Assembly (NCBI RefSeq): GCF_003334335.1
Contig: NZ_QOWQ01000005.1
Length of the DNA stretch: 64,000 nucleotides
Reading direction: 5' to 3' (one strand)
Source: Escherichia coli
GTDB lineage: Bacteria; Pseudomonadota; Gammaproteobacteria; Enterobacterales; Enterobacteriaceae
Positions 1 through 13,938 of the stretch are shown piece after piece (position 1 is the stretch's first letter; every line of letters starts with the position of its first letter). The notes beneath the pieces were generated by a model. That model was not told where the DNA came from, did not search any database, and saw only the letters and a program-made list of their open reading frames with translations. The position numbers and the translations under genes are program-made.

Positions 1-151
1 TGTAGAGAAGCAGCTTCCCAATAAATTTCATGGTCTTCCATCCCGTGAAATGCACATAAGGGAGTTATGCACGATTTACGCGCAATCCTCAAGGCGGGAA
101 TGGTGAAAGAGGTGAGACTGCGGCGGTAATTATCTTACCGCCGCCAGTGAA

Positions 152-1543
152 TTACTGTTTTTCTGGTGGGAAAATCAGATTCAGCACGATGGCAGTAATA
201 CCGCCCGCGGCGATCCCGGAGGAGAGCAGGTTTTTCAGCCATTCAGGGGCAAACTGCAAAATCAGCGGCTGCTGAGACACGCCCAGACCAACCGCCAGCG
301 ACAGCGCGATAATCAGAATCGCCCGACGGTTCAGCGGCTCACGAGAAACGATACGCACACCGGAGGCGGCGATGGTGCCAAACATTACAAGCGTTGCGCC
401 GCCCAGAACCGGTTCTGGAATGTGTTGTACAAAACCGCTCACTGCCGGGAACAGACCCAGCACGATCAACATCAGCGCGACGACAAAACCGACATAGCGG
501 CTGGCAACACCAGTCAACTGGATCACTCCGTTGTTTTGCCCGAAGCAGGAGTTCGGGAAGGTGTTAAACACCGCCGAAACAAACGAGTTCAGGCCGTTTG
601 CCAGCACGCCACCTTTCAGGCGTTTCATGTACAGCGGACCGGACACTGGCTGTTCGGAAACGTCAGAGGTCGCCGTGATATCGCCAATGGTTTCCAGCGA
701 AGTGATCATAAAGACCAGCATCAGCGGCAGCAGCAGACTCCATTCAATGCCAAGACCGTAATAGAGCGGCGTTGGCACCATAATCAGTTCTTGCGTCATC
801 GGTTCGTTGCTTTCTGGCAACATGCCCATAAACCACGCCAGCGCATATCCGGCCGCCATCGCAATCACCAGTGAGGCCACGCGTAAGTAAGGGTTACGTT
901 GACGGTTAAGCAGGATAATTAAGGCTAAGACCACGCCTGCCAGCAGCAGATTTTTCGGTGCGCCGAAGGTGTTATCGCTCATGGCTGCGTAACCGCCGCC
1001 AATGGACGTTAACCCAACCTGAATTAGCGACAGGCCGATAATCATCACCACAACGCCAGAAACCAGCGGCGTAATAATGCGGCGCGCCAGATGCAGAACG
1101 CGGGAGATCACCATCTCGGTGCAACTTGCCAGCATCAACGTGCCGAACAAAGCCGCCATCATGGTAGGAACATCAGCACCACCGGTTTTCAGCGCGGTAC
1201 CGCCCATAATCAGCGGGGCAACAAAGTTGAAGCTGGTGCCCTGAATAGACAACAGCCCGGAGCCAACCGGACCCCAGGCCTTAATTTGAATAATCGATGC
1301 CACACCGGAGGCAAACAGCGACATACTAATAATGTGTTGCGTGTCTTGTGCCGGTAAACCCAGCGCCTGGCAGATTAATAGCGCTGGCGTGATCACCGCA
1401 ACGAACATCGCCAGCAGATGCTGACAGGCGGCAAACAGGGTTTGAGGAAGCGGCGGACGATCTTCAAGACGGTAAATCAGTTCGCTGTTTTGAGTCTGCG
1501 CAACCGGTTGCGCATTTTCTGACTCGAGGGTGGAAACAGACAT
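152..1543 (-). CDS. xanP: Xanthine permease, NCS2 family
   Basis: 466-aa ORF 152..1552; recognisable nucleobase:cation symporter-2 sequence; start trimmed to the internal Met (MSVSTLESE...) matching the ~463-aa protein I recall. Confidence 0.8.
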
Positions 1544-1822
1544 CGAAAACAATCCCGTGGTAGCAAAGCGGGCATTTTAGCTGACCGAAAGAGAAAAGCA
1601 AACGTTTGCCACATCCTCATCTAAATATTTAAATGAGATAAATGCACTTTTTTATATAACTTTTGGTATTTTTCTGCTTAAAATCCATGCCATTTGTTCA
1701 TTAACAGCTGAGAATTTGACCCAGGAAAGCATAACTCGATACCCGTCATAGTTCATGAAGTTGCCACTGCGCGATGAAGTATGACGAGTATGAAAGAGTG
1801 ATGCGGATACAAAGGAGTAACT

Positions 1823-3028
1823 ATGTTTCATCTCGATACTTTAGCAACGCTTGTTGCCGCAACGCTGACGTTGCTGCTCGGGCGTAAGTTGGTCCATTCC
1901 GTCTCCTTTTTGAAGAAATACACCATACCGGAACCTGTTGCGGGTGGTTTGTTGGTGGCGCTGGCGCTACTAGTACTGAAAAAAAGCATGGGCTGGGAAG
2001 TCAACTTTGATATGTCCCTGCGCGATCCGTTAATGCTGGCTTTCTTCGCCACCATTGGCCTGAACGCCAACATTGCCAGTTTGCGTGCCGGTGGGCGTGT
2101 GGTTGGCATCTTCTTGATTGTGGTTGTTGGTCTGTTGGTGATGCAAAATGCCATTGGCATTGGTATGGCTAGCCTGTTAGGGCTTGATCCGCTGATGGGG
2201 CTGTTGGCCGGTTCTATTACGCTTTCCGGCGGTCACGGTACGGGCGCTGCGTGGAGTAAATTGTTCATTGAACGTTATGGCTTCACCAATGCGACGGAAG
2301 TGGCGATGGCCTGTGCAACGTTCGGTCTGGTGCTGGGCGGCTTGATTGGCGGTCCGGTGGCGCGCTATCTGGTGAAACACTCCACCACGCCGAACGGTAT
2401 TCCGGATGACCAGGAAGTCCCGACGGCGTTTGAAAAGCCGGATGTGGGCCGCATGATCACCTCGTTGGTGCTGATTGAAACTATCGCGCTGATTGCTATC
2501 TGCCTGACGGTGGGGAAAATTGTTGCGCAACTTTTGGCTGGCACTGCTTTTGAACTGCCGACCTTCGTCTGTGTACTGTTTGTTGGCGTGATTCTGAGCA
2601 ACGGTCTGTCAATAATGGGCTTTTACCGCGTCTTTGAGCGTGCGGTATCCGTGCTGGGTAACGTAAGCTTGTCGTTGTTCCTGGCGATGGCGTTGATGGG
2701 GCTGAAACTGTGGGAGCTGGCTTCGCTGGCGCTGCCGATGCTGGCGATTCTGGTGGTACAGACCATCTTCATGGCGTTGTATGCCATCTTCGTTACCTGG
2801 CGCATGATGGGCAAAAACTACGATGCGGCAGTGCTGGCTGCGGGTCACTGTGGTTTTGGCCTCGGTGCAACGCCAACGGCAATCGCCAACATGCAGGCGA
2901 TCACTGAACGCTTTGGCCCGTCGCACATGGCGTTTTTGGTGGTGCCGATGGTCGGTGCGTTCTTTATCGATATCGTCAATGCGCTGGTAATTAAGTTGTA
3001 TTTGATGTTGCCGATTTTTGCCGGTTAA
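1823..3028 (+). CDS. gltS: Sodium/glutamate symporter
   Basis: 401-aa polytopic membrane ORF, AAGGAG RBS 7 nt upstream of ATG; sequence recognised as GltS. Confidence 0.88.
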   Translation: MFHLDTLATLVAATLTLLLGRKLVHSVSFLKKYTIPEPVAGGLLVALALLVLKKSMGWEVNFDMSLRDPLMLAFFATIGLNANIASLRAGGRVVGIFLIVVVGLLVMQNAIGIGMASLLGLDPLMGLLAGSITLSGGHGTGAAWSKLFIERYGFTNATEVAMACATFGLVLGGLIGGPVARYLVKHSTTPNGIPDDQEVPTAFEKPDVGRMITSLVLIETIALIAICLTVGKIVAQLLAGTAFELPTFVCVLFVGVILSNGLSIMGFYRVFERAVSVLGNVSLSLFLAMALMGLKLWELASLALPMLAILVVQTIFMALYAIFVTWRMMGKNYDAAVLAAGHCGFGLGATPTAIANMQAITERFGPSHMAFLVVPMVGAFFIDIVNALVIKLYLMLPIFAG

Positions 3029-3193
3029 CCGATGAAGCGGCGGTAGAAGTGCCGCCGCAACAAAGACAAATGCCTGATACGCTTCGCTTATCAAGCCTGC
3101 GTATTGATTCATAATTTATTGAATTTGTAGGGTGAATCGCATCCGGCAGGAAGGTAGGGTAACCTGAAATGGCGGTCTTCTCACTGCCGCCTT

Positions 3194-5275
3194 TTACGCA
3201 TTCGAGTAACGTTCTGTCTCCGGCATCCAGCGTTCTATCAAGGCTTTTGCCTGTTGTGGGTAACGTTCGTGAATATGTCGCGCCAGGCGCTGAACTTCCG
3301 GGATCATCGCCTGATCGCGCAGTAAATCCGCCACTTTAAATTCAGCATTACCCGTCTGACGCGTGCCTAACAATTCGCCAGGGCCGCGAATCTCCAGATC
3401 TTTTTGCGCAATCACAAAACCGTCGTTACTGTCGCGCAGCACTTGCAGGCGAATTTGCGCCGTTTTAGAAAGCGGCGTTTTGTAGAGCAGCACGCAGTGA
3501 GAAGCCACCGCGCCACGACCTACGCGCCCGCGCAGCTGGTGTAACTGCGCCAGACCCAGACGCTCAGGGTTTTCGATAATCATCAGGCTGGCGTTAGGCA
3601 CATCAACACCGACTTCAATAACGGTAGTGGCAACCAGCAGATGTAGCTCACCTTGTTTAAACGACGCCATCACCGCCTGTTTCTCGGCTGGTTTCATCCG
3701 CCCGTGTACCAGGCCAACATTCAATTCTGGTAGCGCCAGTTTCAACTCTTCCCAGGTAGCTTCCGCCGCCTGCGCTTCCAGTAACTCTGACTCTTCAATC
3801 AACGTACAAACCCAGTACGCCTGACGACCTTCAGTTATGCAGGCGTGGCGCACGCGGTCAATGATGTCGGTACGGCGGGTATCAGGAATAGCGACCGTAG
3901 TCACTGGCGTGCGGCCTGGCGGCAGCTCATCTATCACCGAGGTATCGAGATCGGCATACGCCGTCATTGCCAGCGTGCGGGGGATCGGCGTGGCGGTCAT
4001 GATCAACTGATGCGGATGGAAGCCCTGCTGCTGGCCTTTCTCCCACAATGCCAGACGCTGATGCACGCCAAAACGATGCTGTTCGTCGATAATCACCAGC
4101 GCCAGGCCGTTAAACTGCACCTGTTCCTGGAAGATGGCGTGTGTACCGACAATCATCTGCACCTGACCGCTGGCGATGGCTTCCTGCTGAGACAGTCGCG
4201 CTTTGCCTTTCTGCTTACCGGCGAGCCAGCCCACTTTGATACCGAGCGGTGCAAACCAGTTGCGGAAGTTATTGGCGTGCTGCTCGGCGAGTAATTCGGT
4301 TGGTGCCATCAGTGCCACCTGTTTGCCGTGGGCAATCGCACGCAGCGCGGCGAGGGCGGCGACCAGCGTTTTACCGGAACCTACATCGCCCTGTACCAGG
4401 CGCATCATCGGCACATCCAGCGCCATATCATGCTCGATCTCCGCCACTACGCGTGCCTGTGCGCCCGTTGGCTTGAACGGTAAGGCGGCGAGGAGTTTAT
4501 TTTTCAGCGTGTCATTGGCGCTCAGCGGCTGGGCATGAAAACGCTGTGCTCCGGCACGTAAGGCTAACATGCTGAGGTTGTGCGCCAGCAGTTCTTCCAG
4601 AATCAGACGACGTTGCGCCGGATGCTGCCCGGTTTCCAGATCGCTAAGCTGTAGCGTCGGTGGCGGGCGGTGCAAAGTGCGCAACGCTTCCGGTAGCGTC
4701 ATCATTCCTTGTGACAGTTCCGGCGGCAGGAGTTCTTCAATGGCGCAGGTGTCGAGCAGATCCAGCGCCTGGTCGGTTAATTTACGCAGCGTGGCCTGCT
4801 TTACGCCTTCCGTTGTTGGATAAACCGGCGTGAGCGTTTCCTGTAATTCTGGCGTGCTGAGATCGCCCTGCACGCGGTATTCCGGGTGGATCATCTCCGC
4901 ACCATATTTACCGCGCTTTGCTTCGCCATAAGCCAGTACACGGCGGCCCGTCGCCAGGCTATTTTTCATTGCCGCGCTGAAATTGAAAAAGCGCATGGTG
5001 AGGATGCCGGAACCGTCGCTGATCTGGCAGGTCATCATCCGCCGACCGCCGAAGGAGATATTGCAGTTCAGCACTTCGCCTTCCACCGTGGCATAAACGC
5101 CCGGCAGTAGTTCTCCGATGGGGTAGAGATGGGTGCGATCTTCGTAGCGCAGGGGAAGGTGTAAGAGTAAATCCTGCACGGTATGCAGGTTGATTTTCGC
5201 CAGTTTGTTACTAAGCGCTGCGCCAACGCCCGTTAGGGAACTGAGCGGGACAGTATCTAACAGGCGGCCTTTCAT
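3194..5275 (-). CDS. recG: ATP-dependent DNA helicase RecG
   Basis: ORF 3194..5308; Walker A GSGKT and DEQHRFG helicase motifs visible; start trimmed to MKGRLLDTVPL (693 aa). Confidence 0.9.
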   Translation of the reverse strand: MKGRLLDTVPLSSLTGVGAALSNKLAKINLHTVQDLLLHLPLRYEDRTHLYPIGELLPGVYATVEGEVLNCNISFGGRRMMTCQISDGSGILTMRFFNFSAAMKNSLATGRRVLAYGEAKRGKYGAEMIHPEYRVQGDLSTPELQETLTPVYPTTEGVKQATLRKLTDQALDLLDTCAIEELLPPELSQGMMTLPEALRTLHRPPPTLQLSDLETGQHPAQRRLILEELLAHNLSMLALRAGAQRFHAQPLSANDTLKNKLLAALPFKPTGAQARVVAEIEHDMALDVPMMRLVQGDVGSGKTLVAALAALRAIAHGKQVALMAPTELLAEQHANNFRNWFAPLGIKVGWLAGKQKGKARLSQQEAIASGQVQMIVGTHAIFQEQVQFNGLALVIIDEQHRFGVHQRLALWEKGQQQGFHPHQLIMTATPIPRTLAMTAYADLDTSVIDELPPGRTPVTTVAIPDTRRTDIIDRVRHACITEGRQAYWVCTLIEESELLEAQAAEATWEELKLALPELNVGLVHGRMKPAEKQAVMASFKQGELHLLVATTVIEVGVDVPNASLMIIENPERLGLAQLHQLRGRVGRGAVASHCVLLYKTPLSKTAQIRLQVLRDSNDGFVIAQKDLEIRGPGELLGTRQTGNAEFKVADLLRDQAMIPEVQRLARHIHERYPQQAKALIERWMPETERYSNA

Positions 5276-5280
5276 GGCGC

Positions 5281-5970
5281 TTACCCTGCGGCCTGCATGG
5301 TGGACCACCAGTCAGCATCAGCTTCGATCTCGCCTTGCTGATTGACGTGGGGGTAAGGCAGGCCTTTGCGTTTTGCGACTTTCGCCAGCACCGGATAGCC
5401 GCCTTCAAACAACAGGCGTTGTTGCTCTGCTTCCGGCAACATGCTGTTTTCACGCAGGTACATGCCTGCATTTTGCCGCTGACGCTGGGCTTCGTAAAGA
5501 ATGAGGGCTGAGGCAACGGAAACATTCAGCGACTGCACCATGCCGATCATCGGAATGATGATGTCCTGATCCGCCAGGGCCAATGCTTCCTGCGTGATGC
5601 CCGTTTTCTCCTGTCCCATCAAAATGCAGGTCGGGCGAGTGTAATCAATTTCGCGGAAATCGACAGCATTATCAGAAAGATGGGTTGCCAGAATCTGCAT
5701 GCCCTGGCCTTTCAGATGAGCGACGGCATCGCCAATGGTGCGGTGTGTTTTCACCTGTACCCAGCTGTTACTACCCGCCGCTGCCGAAGCCATGGTGCGC
5801 ATCCGGCTACCAGGCCAGACGGCGTGAACTTCATGTACGCCAACGGCATCTGCGGTACGAATAATCGCAGAAACGTTATGAGGTTTGTGGACCTGCTCCA
5901 TGCAGACGGTCAGGTCAGGCTGCCGCCTGGCGAGCATTTCGCAGATGCGTGCATAACGTGTTGGGTTCAT
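5281..5970 (-). CDS. trmH: tRNA (Gm18) 2'-O-methyltransferase, SPOUT family
   Basis: 229-aa ORF immediately upstream of recG in the same orientation; SpoU-type sequence. Confidence 0.85.
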   Translation of the reverse strand: MNPTRYARICEMLARRQPDLTVCMEQVHKPHNVSAIIRTADAVGVHEVHAVWPGSRMRTMASAAAGSNSWVQVKTHRTIGDAVAHLKGQGMQILATHLSDNAVDFREIDYTRPTCILMGQEKTGITQEALALADQDIIIPMIGMVQSLNVSVASALILYEAQRQRQNAGMYLRENSMLPEAEQQRLLFEGGYPVLAKVAKRKGLPYPHVNQQGEIEADADWWSTMQAAG

Positions 5971-5976
5971 AAAACA

Positions 5977-8085
5977 TTAATTTCGGTTTCGGGTGACTTT
6001 AATCACGTCTGGCATCACGCGGATTTTGCGCATGATATTCGCCAGATGCACACGGTCACGAGCGGTCAGACGAATAAAGGCGCTGTAGACGCGACCATCT
6101 TTCTCTTCCGTATTCAAACTTTGAATATTCGAGGTCGTGGTGTTAATTGCCGCCGTCAGGTTTGCCAGCGCACCCTGATGATTGAACATCTCCACCTTGA
6201 TTTCGGTGATGAATTCCTGCGCCGTCTCTTTATCCCATTCCACAGCCATAAACTTCTCTGGCTCTTTCTGGTAGCCACGGATGTTACGGCAGGATTCATG
6301 GTGGATCACCAGACCTTTACCGGGGCTGACGTGGGCGATAATCGGGTCGCCAGGAATAGGGCGGCAGCATTTCGCAAAGGTGATCAGCACGCCATCGGCA
6401 CCTTTAATTGGCAGATGTCCGTGACTTTGGGTTGCCGGTGGAATGGAGGCGTCCCCATGTTGTAGATTTTTCGCGACCACCACGCTCATTGCGTTACCAA
6501 GGCCGATTTCAGCCAGCAGATCGTCAAGCGTTGCCAGCTTCATGCGATCCAGCTCGCGCTGAATATTTTCCTGCGGGATTTCATTCAGCTTACGGCTACC
6601 ACCCAAAGCATGGTTGAGCAGACGACGGCCCAGGCTTACAGAATCATCACGCTTGAGGTTTTTCAGCAACTGACGAATTTTGGCGCGCGCTTTTGAGCTA
6701 ACGACAAAGTTCAGCCACGCGGCATTCGGGCGAGCGCCCGGTGCGGTAATGATTTCAACGGTTTGACCGCTGGTAAGCGGCTGCGACAGCGGGTAAGGCT
6801 GGCGGTCAACGCGTGCGCCCACGCAGGCATGACCGATATCGGTATGCACTGCATAAGCGAAGTCGACGGGCGTTGCACCGGCAGGCAGCTCGACAATGCG
6901 CCCTTCCGGTGTGAAAACGTAAATCTCATCCGGGAAGAGATCGGATTTAACGCTCTCGATAAATTCAAACGAACTACCGGCGCTCTGTTGCAGCTCCAGC
7001 AGGCTTTGCATCCAGCGCTGGGCGCGGATTTGTGCGGTAGTACTGGTTTCGCCGTGCTCTTTATAAGCCCAGTGCGCGGCAACACCCATCTCCGCCATCT
7101 GATCCATATCTTCGGTACGGATCTGGACCTCAACCGGCACGCCGTGCGGGCCAATCATCGAGGTGTGCAAAGACTGATAGCCGTTCGCTTTTGGAATGGC
7201 GATATAGTCTTTCACGCGGCCCGGACGCGGCTTGTACAGGCTGTGCATCTGGCCCAGCACGCGATAACAGGTGTCAGAATCATTGACGATCACGCGGAAA
7301 GCGTAGATGTCCATGATTGAGTGAAAACGCTGCTCTTTGAGCACCATTTTGCAGTAAATCGAATAAAGATGCTTTTCGCGACCACTGACGCGGCACGGTA
7401 TTCCCGCTTCCTGCAAACGCCCTTCGATTTCAGAAAGAATCTTCTGGATCATCTCTTTACGGTTGCCGCGCGCGGCTTTCACCACTTCTTTGATTACGCG
7501 ATAACGGTTGGGATACAGCGCCTCAAAACCCAGCTCTTCGAGTTCGGTTTTAATGTGGTGGATACCTAAACGGTGCGCCAGCGGGCTGTAAATTTCGAGA
7601 GTTTCACGGGCGATGCGGCGACGTTTGTCCGGGCGAAGTGAGCCCAGCGTGCGCATGTTGTGGGTACGGTCGGCAAGTTTGATGAGGATGACGCGGATAT
7701 CCTGCACCATCGCCATAATCATCTTGCGAAAGTTTTCGGCCTGCGCCTCTTTCTTATCGCGGAACTTGAGTTTATCAAGTTTCGACACCCCCTCTACCAG
7801 CTCGGCGACGCTTTTACCAAAAAGCTGTTCCATATCCTGGTAGGTGGCGGGAGTATCTTCAATCACGTCATGCAGCAGCGCCGCCATCAGCGTTTCATAG
7901 TCGAGTTTCATCTCGGCCAGAATGCAGGCAACCGCTACCGGGTGCGTGATATAGGGTTCACCGCTTGAACGTGTTTGCCCCTCGTGAGCATCACGTGCAA
8001 CGAGATACGCCTGCCGCAGACGCTTGATTTGGTCTTCCGGCAGGTAGGTTTGAATCAGTTGATTCAGGCTTTCAAACAGATACAA
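5977..8085 (-). CDS. spoT: Bifunctional (p)ppGpp synthetase/hydrolase SpoT
   Basis: 702-aa ORF with HD-domain and RelA/SpoT synthetase regions; non-ATG (TTG) start as known for spoT. Confidence 0.92.
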   Translation of the reverse strand: MYLFESLNQLIQTYLPEDQIKRLRQAYLVARDAHEGQTRSSGEPYITHPVAVACILAEMKLDYETLMAALLHDVIEDTPATYQDMEQLFGKSVAELVEGVSKLDKLKFRDKKEAQAENFRKMIMAMVQDIRVILIKLADRTHNMRTLGSLRPDKRRRIARETLEIYSPLAHRLGIHHIKTELEELGFEALYPNRYRVIKEVVKAARGNRKEMIQKILSEIEGRLQEAGIPCRVSGREKHLYSIYCKMVLKEQRFHSIMDIYAFRVIVNDSDTCYRVLGQMHSLYKPRPGRVKDYIAIPKANGYQSLHTSMIGPHGVPVEVQIRTEDMDQMAEMGVAAHWAYKEHGETSTTAQIRAQRWMQSLLELQQSAGSSFEFIESVKSDLFPDEIYVFTPEGRIVELPAGATPVDFAYAVHTDIGHACVGARVDRQPYPLSQPLTSGQTVEIITAPGARPNAAWLNFVVSSKARAKIRQLLKNLKRDDSVSLGRRLLNHALGGSRKLNEIPQENIQRELDRMKLATLDDLLAEIGLGNAMSVVVAKNLQHGDASIPPATQSHGHLPIKGADGVLITFAKCCRPIPGDPIIAHVSPGKGLVIHHESCRNIRGYQKEPEKFMAVEWDKETAQEFITEIKVEMFNHQGALANLTAAINTTTSNIQSLNTEEKDGRVYSAFIRLTARDRVHLANIMRKIRVMPDVIKVTRNRN

Positions 8086-8103
8086 GGGCGACCCGCTTTG
8101 TGA

Positions 8104-8379
8104 TTAACGACGACCTTCAGCAATAGCGGTAACGGCTTGTAATTCAGCGGCTTCCTGCTCTTGCTGTTCCTGGCGTTCGCGAACGTCGAGGATCTGGTTG
8201 TTGATCAGACCTTCTTCGATTTCGCGCAGCGCGATTACAGTGGTTTTATCGTTTTCTTCCGGTACCAGCGGATCCTTTCCGCCTACCTGCATCTGACGAG
8301 CGCGACGCGCGGCGACCAGTACCAGGTCAAAACGGTTACCAATTTTCTCTACAGCGTCCTGAACAGTTACGCGTGCCAT
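8104..8379 (-). CDS. rpoZ: RNA polymerase omega subunit
   Basis: 91-aa [32 protein letters not shown], directly upstream of spoT. Confidence 0.92.
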
Positions 8380-8433
8380 ACTTAAAAAGCTCCACAGGTG
8401 AAGAAATGACTGGGCATGATACTGAAATCAGGT

Positions 8434-11611
<3,178 letters not shown>

Positions 11612-11902
11612 GGTTCTCTCCCTAAAAATCTGTCTGGCAGGGTAGCGATTTGTGCGTATTGTCACGATTGAGATTTTTTAAGGTGAGAGGAAATTGATAA
11701 CTTGTAGTTATGTGAAATCGCTATTTTCTGTAGCGTAGATGCATTCTTCTGACTTCTTGTCTGAGAAAATGCATAAGAAAAAATAGGTTAAAATTGAGGG
11801 GTGGAAAAGAAAGGTGCAATGTTTAGCCATTGTGTTCACCGCACCTGGACTTTGGCTTACGCATCGGGTATCTCAATCAACAAAAAGAGTTTTTAGTTTC
11901 TG

Positions 11903-12727
11903 CTATTTCTTCTCTGTAATTTTTACACTGTTTTCCAACTGCTTGATGCTGACCTGCGGGGTCGGCAACTCCTCAGGCATGGTTCCGCCAAGTTCCTGAA
12001 TGGTTTGCATCACCTTGCTACCCACGTCAAAGTGTGTGGTATTAGCTTGCTGTTTTGAATTCACGCCATCCCGCTTGAGTTTTTCTTCTGTTTGGGTAGC
12101 TCGAAAGAGATTAGCCGCCAGTTCTGTTGAACCCATATGATCCAGGATCTTCTGATTCTTTTTCAGCCCCTTCCGCTGATGAATAGCTTTCTGATCTAAT
12201 CCACCATACAGCCCCTGGTAACCATGATTCTGAAATATGGCGAAATCAGTAGCTGTCGCTACCCCAGCTTGCTGTGCTGCCTCAACCAATTGTTTGTTAT
12301 GTTCTTTCAACTCATTTCTCAGAAACAGACGCTTTTCGTCTTCACGAAGTTGCTTAAATGCTTCATCGTCAGCAAGCTCCTGCCGTCGGGTCTGGATAGC
12401 AAAATAAGTCTGCCCTGCCGCAATGACCGGTTTCGCAGGGTCGCCGTTTTGTACTACCAGGTAACAGGCATAGCGGGAGAGTACGATGTCTTTTAATGCT
12501 CTTTTGGCATTTGAGCCAATTTTGACCATATCGAGGATCTCCTCGAAATGGTCATCAATTGTGTGACCACTGTTCTCACAGGCTTCTTTGGCGCGCGTTA
12601 ATACAGGTATAAAGTGACGATACTCTGAATAACCCAGTAGTTTCCCAAGTTGTCTTGCTGACCATTGTTCTGCTCCGTTTGCATTAATCAGTTTTATCTC
12701 TTCAAAAGGTTGATGATGTTCGTTCAT
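11903..12727 (-). CDS. dinD: DNA damage-inducible protein D
   Basis: ORF 11903..12739 trimmed to MNEHHQPFEEIKLINANG (274 aa); near-consensus LexA box 46 bp upstream. Confidence 0.8.
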   Translation of the reverse strand: MNEHHQPFEEIKLINANGAEQWSARQLGKLLGYSEYRHFIPVLTRAKEACENSGHTIDDHFEEILDMVKIGSNAKRALKDIVLSRYACYLVVQNGDPAKPVIAAGQTYFAIQTRRQELADDEAFKQLREDEKRLFLRNELKEHNKQLVEAAQQAGVATATDFAIFQNHGYQGLYGGLDQKAIHQRKGLKKNQKILDHMGSTELAANLFRATQTEEKLKRDGVNSKQQANTTHFDVGSKVMQTIQELGGTMPEELPTPQVSIKQLENSVKITEKK

Positions 12728-12772
12728 TGCCCACTCCATGTGATATCAATTGCAAAGAAAGTAAATCTGTAA

Positions 12773-12788
12773 CTGTATTTATATACAG
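12773..12788. promoter_or_regulatory. LexA (SOS) box CTGTATTTATATACAG upstream of dinD
   Basis: Perfect CTGT-N8-ACAG palindrome with AT-rich spacer, read directly from the sequence. Confidence 0.7.
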
Positions 12789-12882
12789 TTGTGAGTATCT
12801 CACGTTCTCAGTGTGCTGGGCAAAAAAACATCGCAAAATCTGGAGCAGGCACGAAAAACAGAATTGAAAGTTGCGGGGAAGA

Positions 12883-12914
12883 AAAATGCCGCTCTGTTTG
12901 AGTGGGCGGCATTT
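12883..12914 (-). terminator. Putative rho-independent terminator downstream of yicC
   Basis: Inverted repeat aaatgccgc...gcggcattt, followed on the minus strand by a T-run. Confidence 0.5.
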
Positions 12915-12948
12915 GTGAAGGCTGAAAAGTAAGAATTGGCGTTACGAG

Positions 12949-13812
12949 TTATTCAATATTCTGAATCTGCTCGCGCATCTGCTCAATCAACACTTTCAGC
13001 TCAATCGCGGAGTTTGTCACTTCGGCATTGATAGACTTCGACGCAAGAGTGTTCGACTCGCGGTTGAACTCCTGCATCATAAAGTCCAGACGACGACCAA
13101 CGGCTTCTTTTTTCTTCAGAATGTTGTAGGTCTCTTTGACATGCGCTTCGAGGCGGTCCAGTTCTTCGGCAACGTCAATTCGTTGTGCCAGCAGAACCAA
13201 CTCCTGCTCCAGACGGTTGTTTTCCAACTGAACCTGAGCATCTTCCAGCTTCGCGACCAAGCGTTCACGCTGCCATTGCAGGATTTCCGGCATATGGGAG
13301 CGGACTTTGACCACTTCGGCGGTGACGCCTTCCAGACGCTGCTCGATCAATGCTTTCAGTGCCTGACCTTCGGTTTCGCGCGCGACAATAAAGTCGTCCA
13401 GCGTACCATCCAGCGCCGCGAGAATTTCAGCGGCAATGGCGTCAAGATCCTGCTCCTGGGCTGCCATCACGCCCGGCCAGCGTAGAATATCAACCGGGTT
13501 GATTTCCCCTTCGTCACTCTGCATTTTTACCCAGTTCGCGGCAGTTACCAGCTGTTTAGCCAGTTTTTCGTTGAGGATCAGCTCACCTTGCGCGCTAACA
13601 TCTGGCTCATAGCGCAGGGTACATTCCACTTTACCGCGCGTCAGGCGAGAACGAATACGCTCGCGAACGACAGGTTCAAGGCTACGGAACTGCTCCGGCA
13701 GACGAAAGTAAGTTTCCAGATAACGCTGGTTTACCGAGCGCATTTCCCAGGTTGCGCTCCCCCATTCACCCTTGATTTCACGCCGGGCGTAGGCGGTCAT
13801 ACTGCGGATCAT
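12949..13812 (-). CDS. yicC: YicC-family stress-induced protein (reported endoribonuclease)
   Basis: 287-aa ORF MIRSMTAYARREIKGEWGSATWEMRSVNQRY, YicC N-terminal plus DUF1732-type C-terminal region. Confidence 0.85.
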   Translation of the reverse strand: MIRSMTAYARREIKGEWGSATWEMRSVNQRYLETYFRLPEQFRSLEPVVRERIRSRLTRGKVECTLRYEPDVSAQGELILNEKLAKQLVTAANWVKMQSDEGEINPVDILRWPGVMAAQEQDLDAIAAEILAALDGTLDDFIVARETEGQALKALIEQRLEGVTAEVVKVRSHMPEILQWQRERLVAKLEDAQVQLENNRLEQELVLLAQRIDVAEELDRLEAHVKETYNILKKKEAVGRRLDFMMQEFNRESNTLASKSINAEVTNSAIELKVLIEQMREQIQNIE

Positions 13813-13938
13813 AGACGTTCCTGTTTATAAAAGGAGAGGTGGAAGGATTATAGCCATCGATGCCTTGTCAGGATAGGAATAACCGCCGGAAGTCCGTATA
13901 ATGCGCAGCCACATTTGTTTCAAGCCGGAGATTTCAAT

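Noticed and set aside
422-1357. Plus-strand ORFs of 150, 76 and 88 aa inside xanP
   Set aside because: They are antisense shadow ORFs within a well-supported transporter gene, with arginine/histidine-rich low-complexity translations.
3029-3193. Hairpins and a degenerate REP-like sequence between convergent gltS and recG
   Set aside because: The stems are short (5-6 bp) and the REP match is degenerate. They are plausible terminators but too weak to call as features without folding energies.
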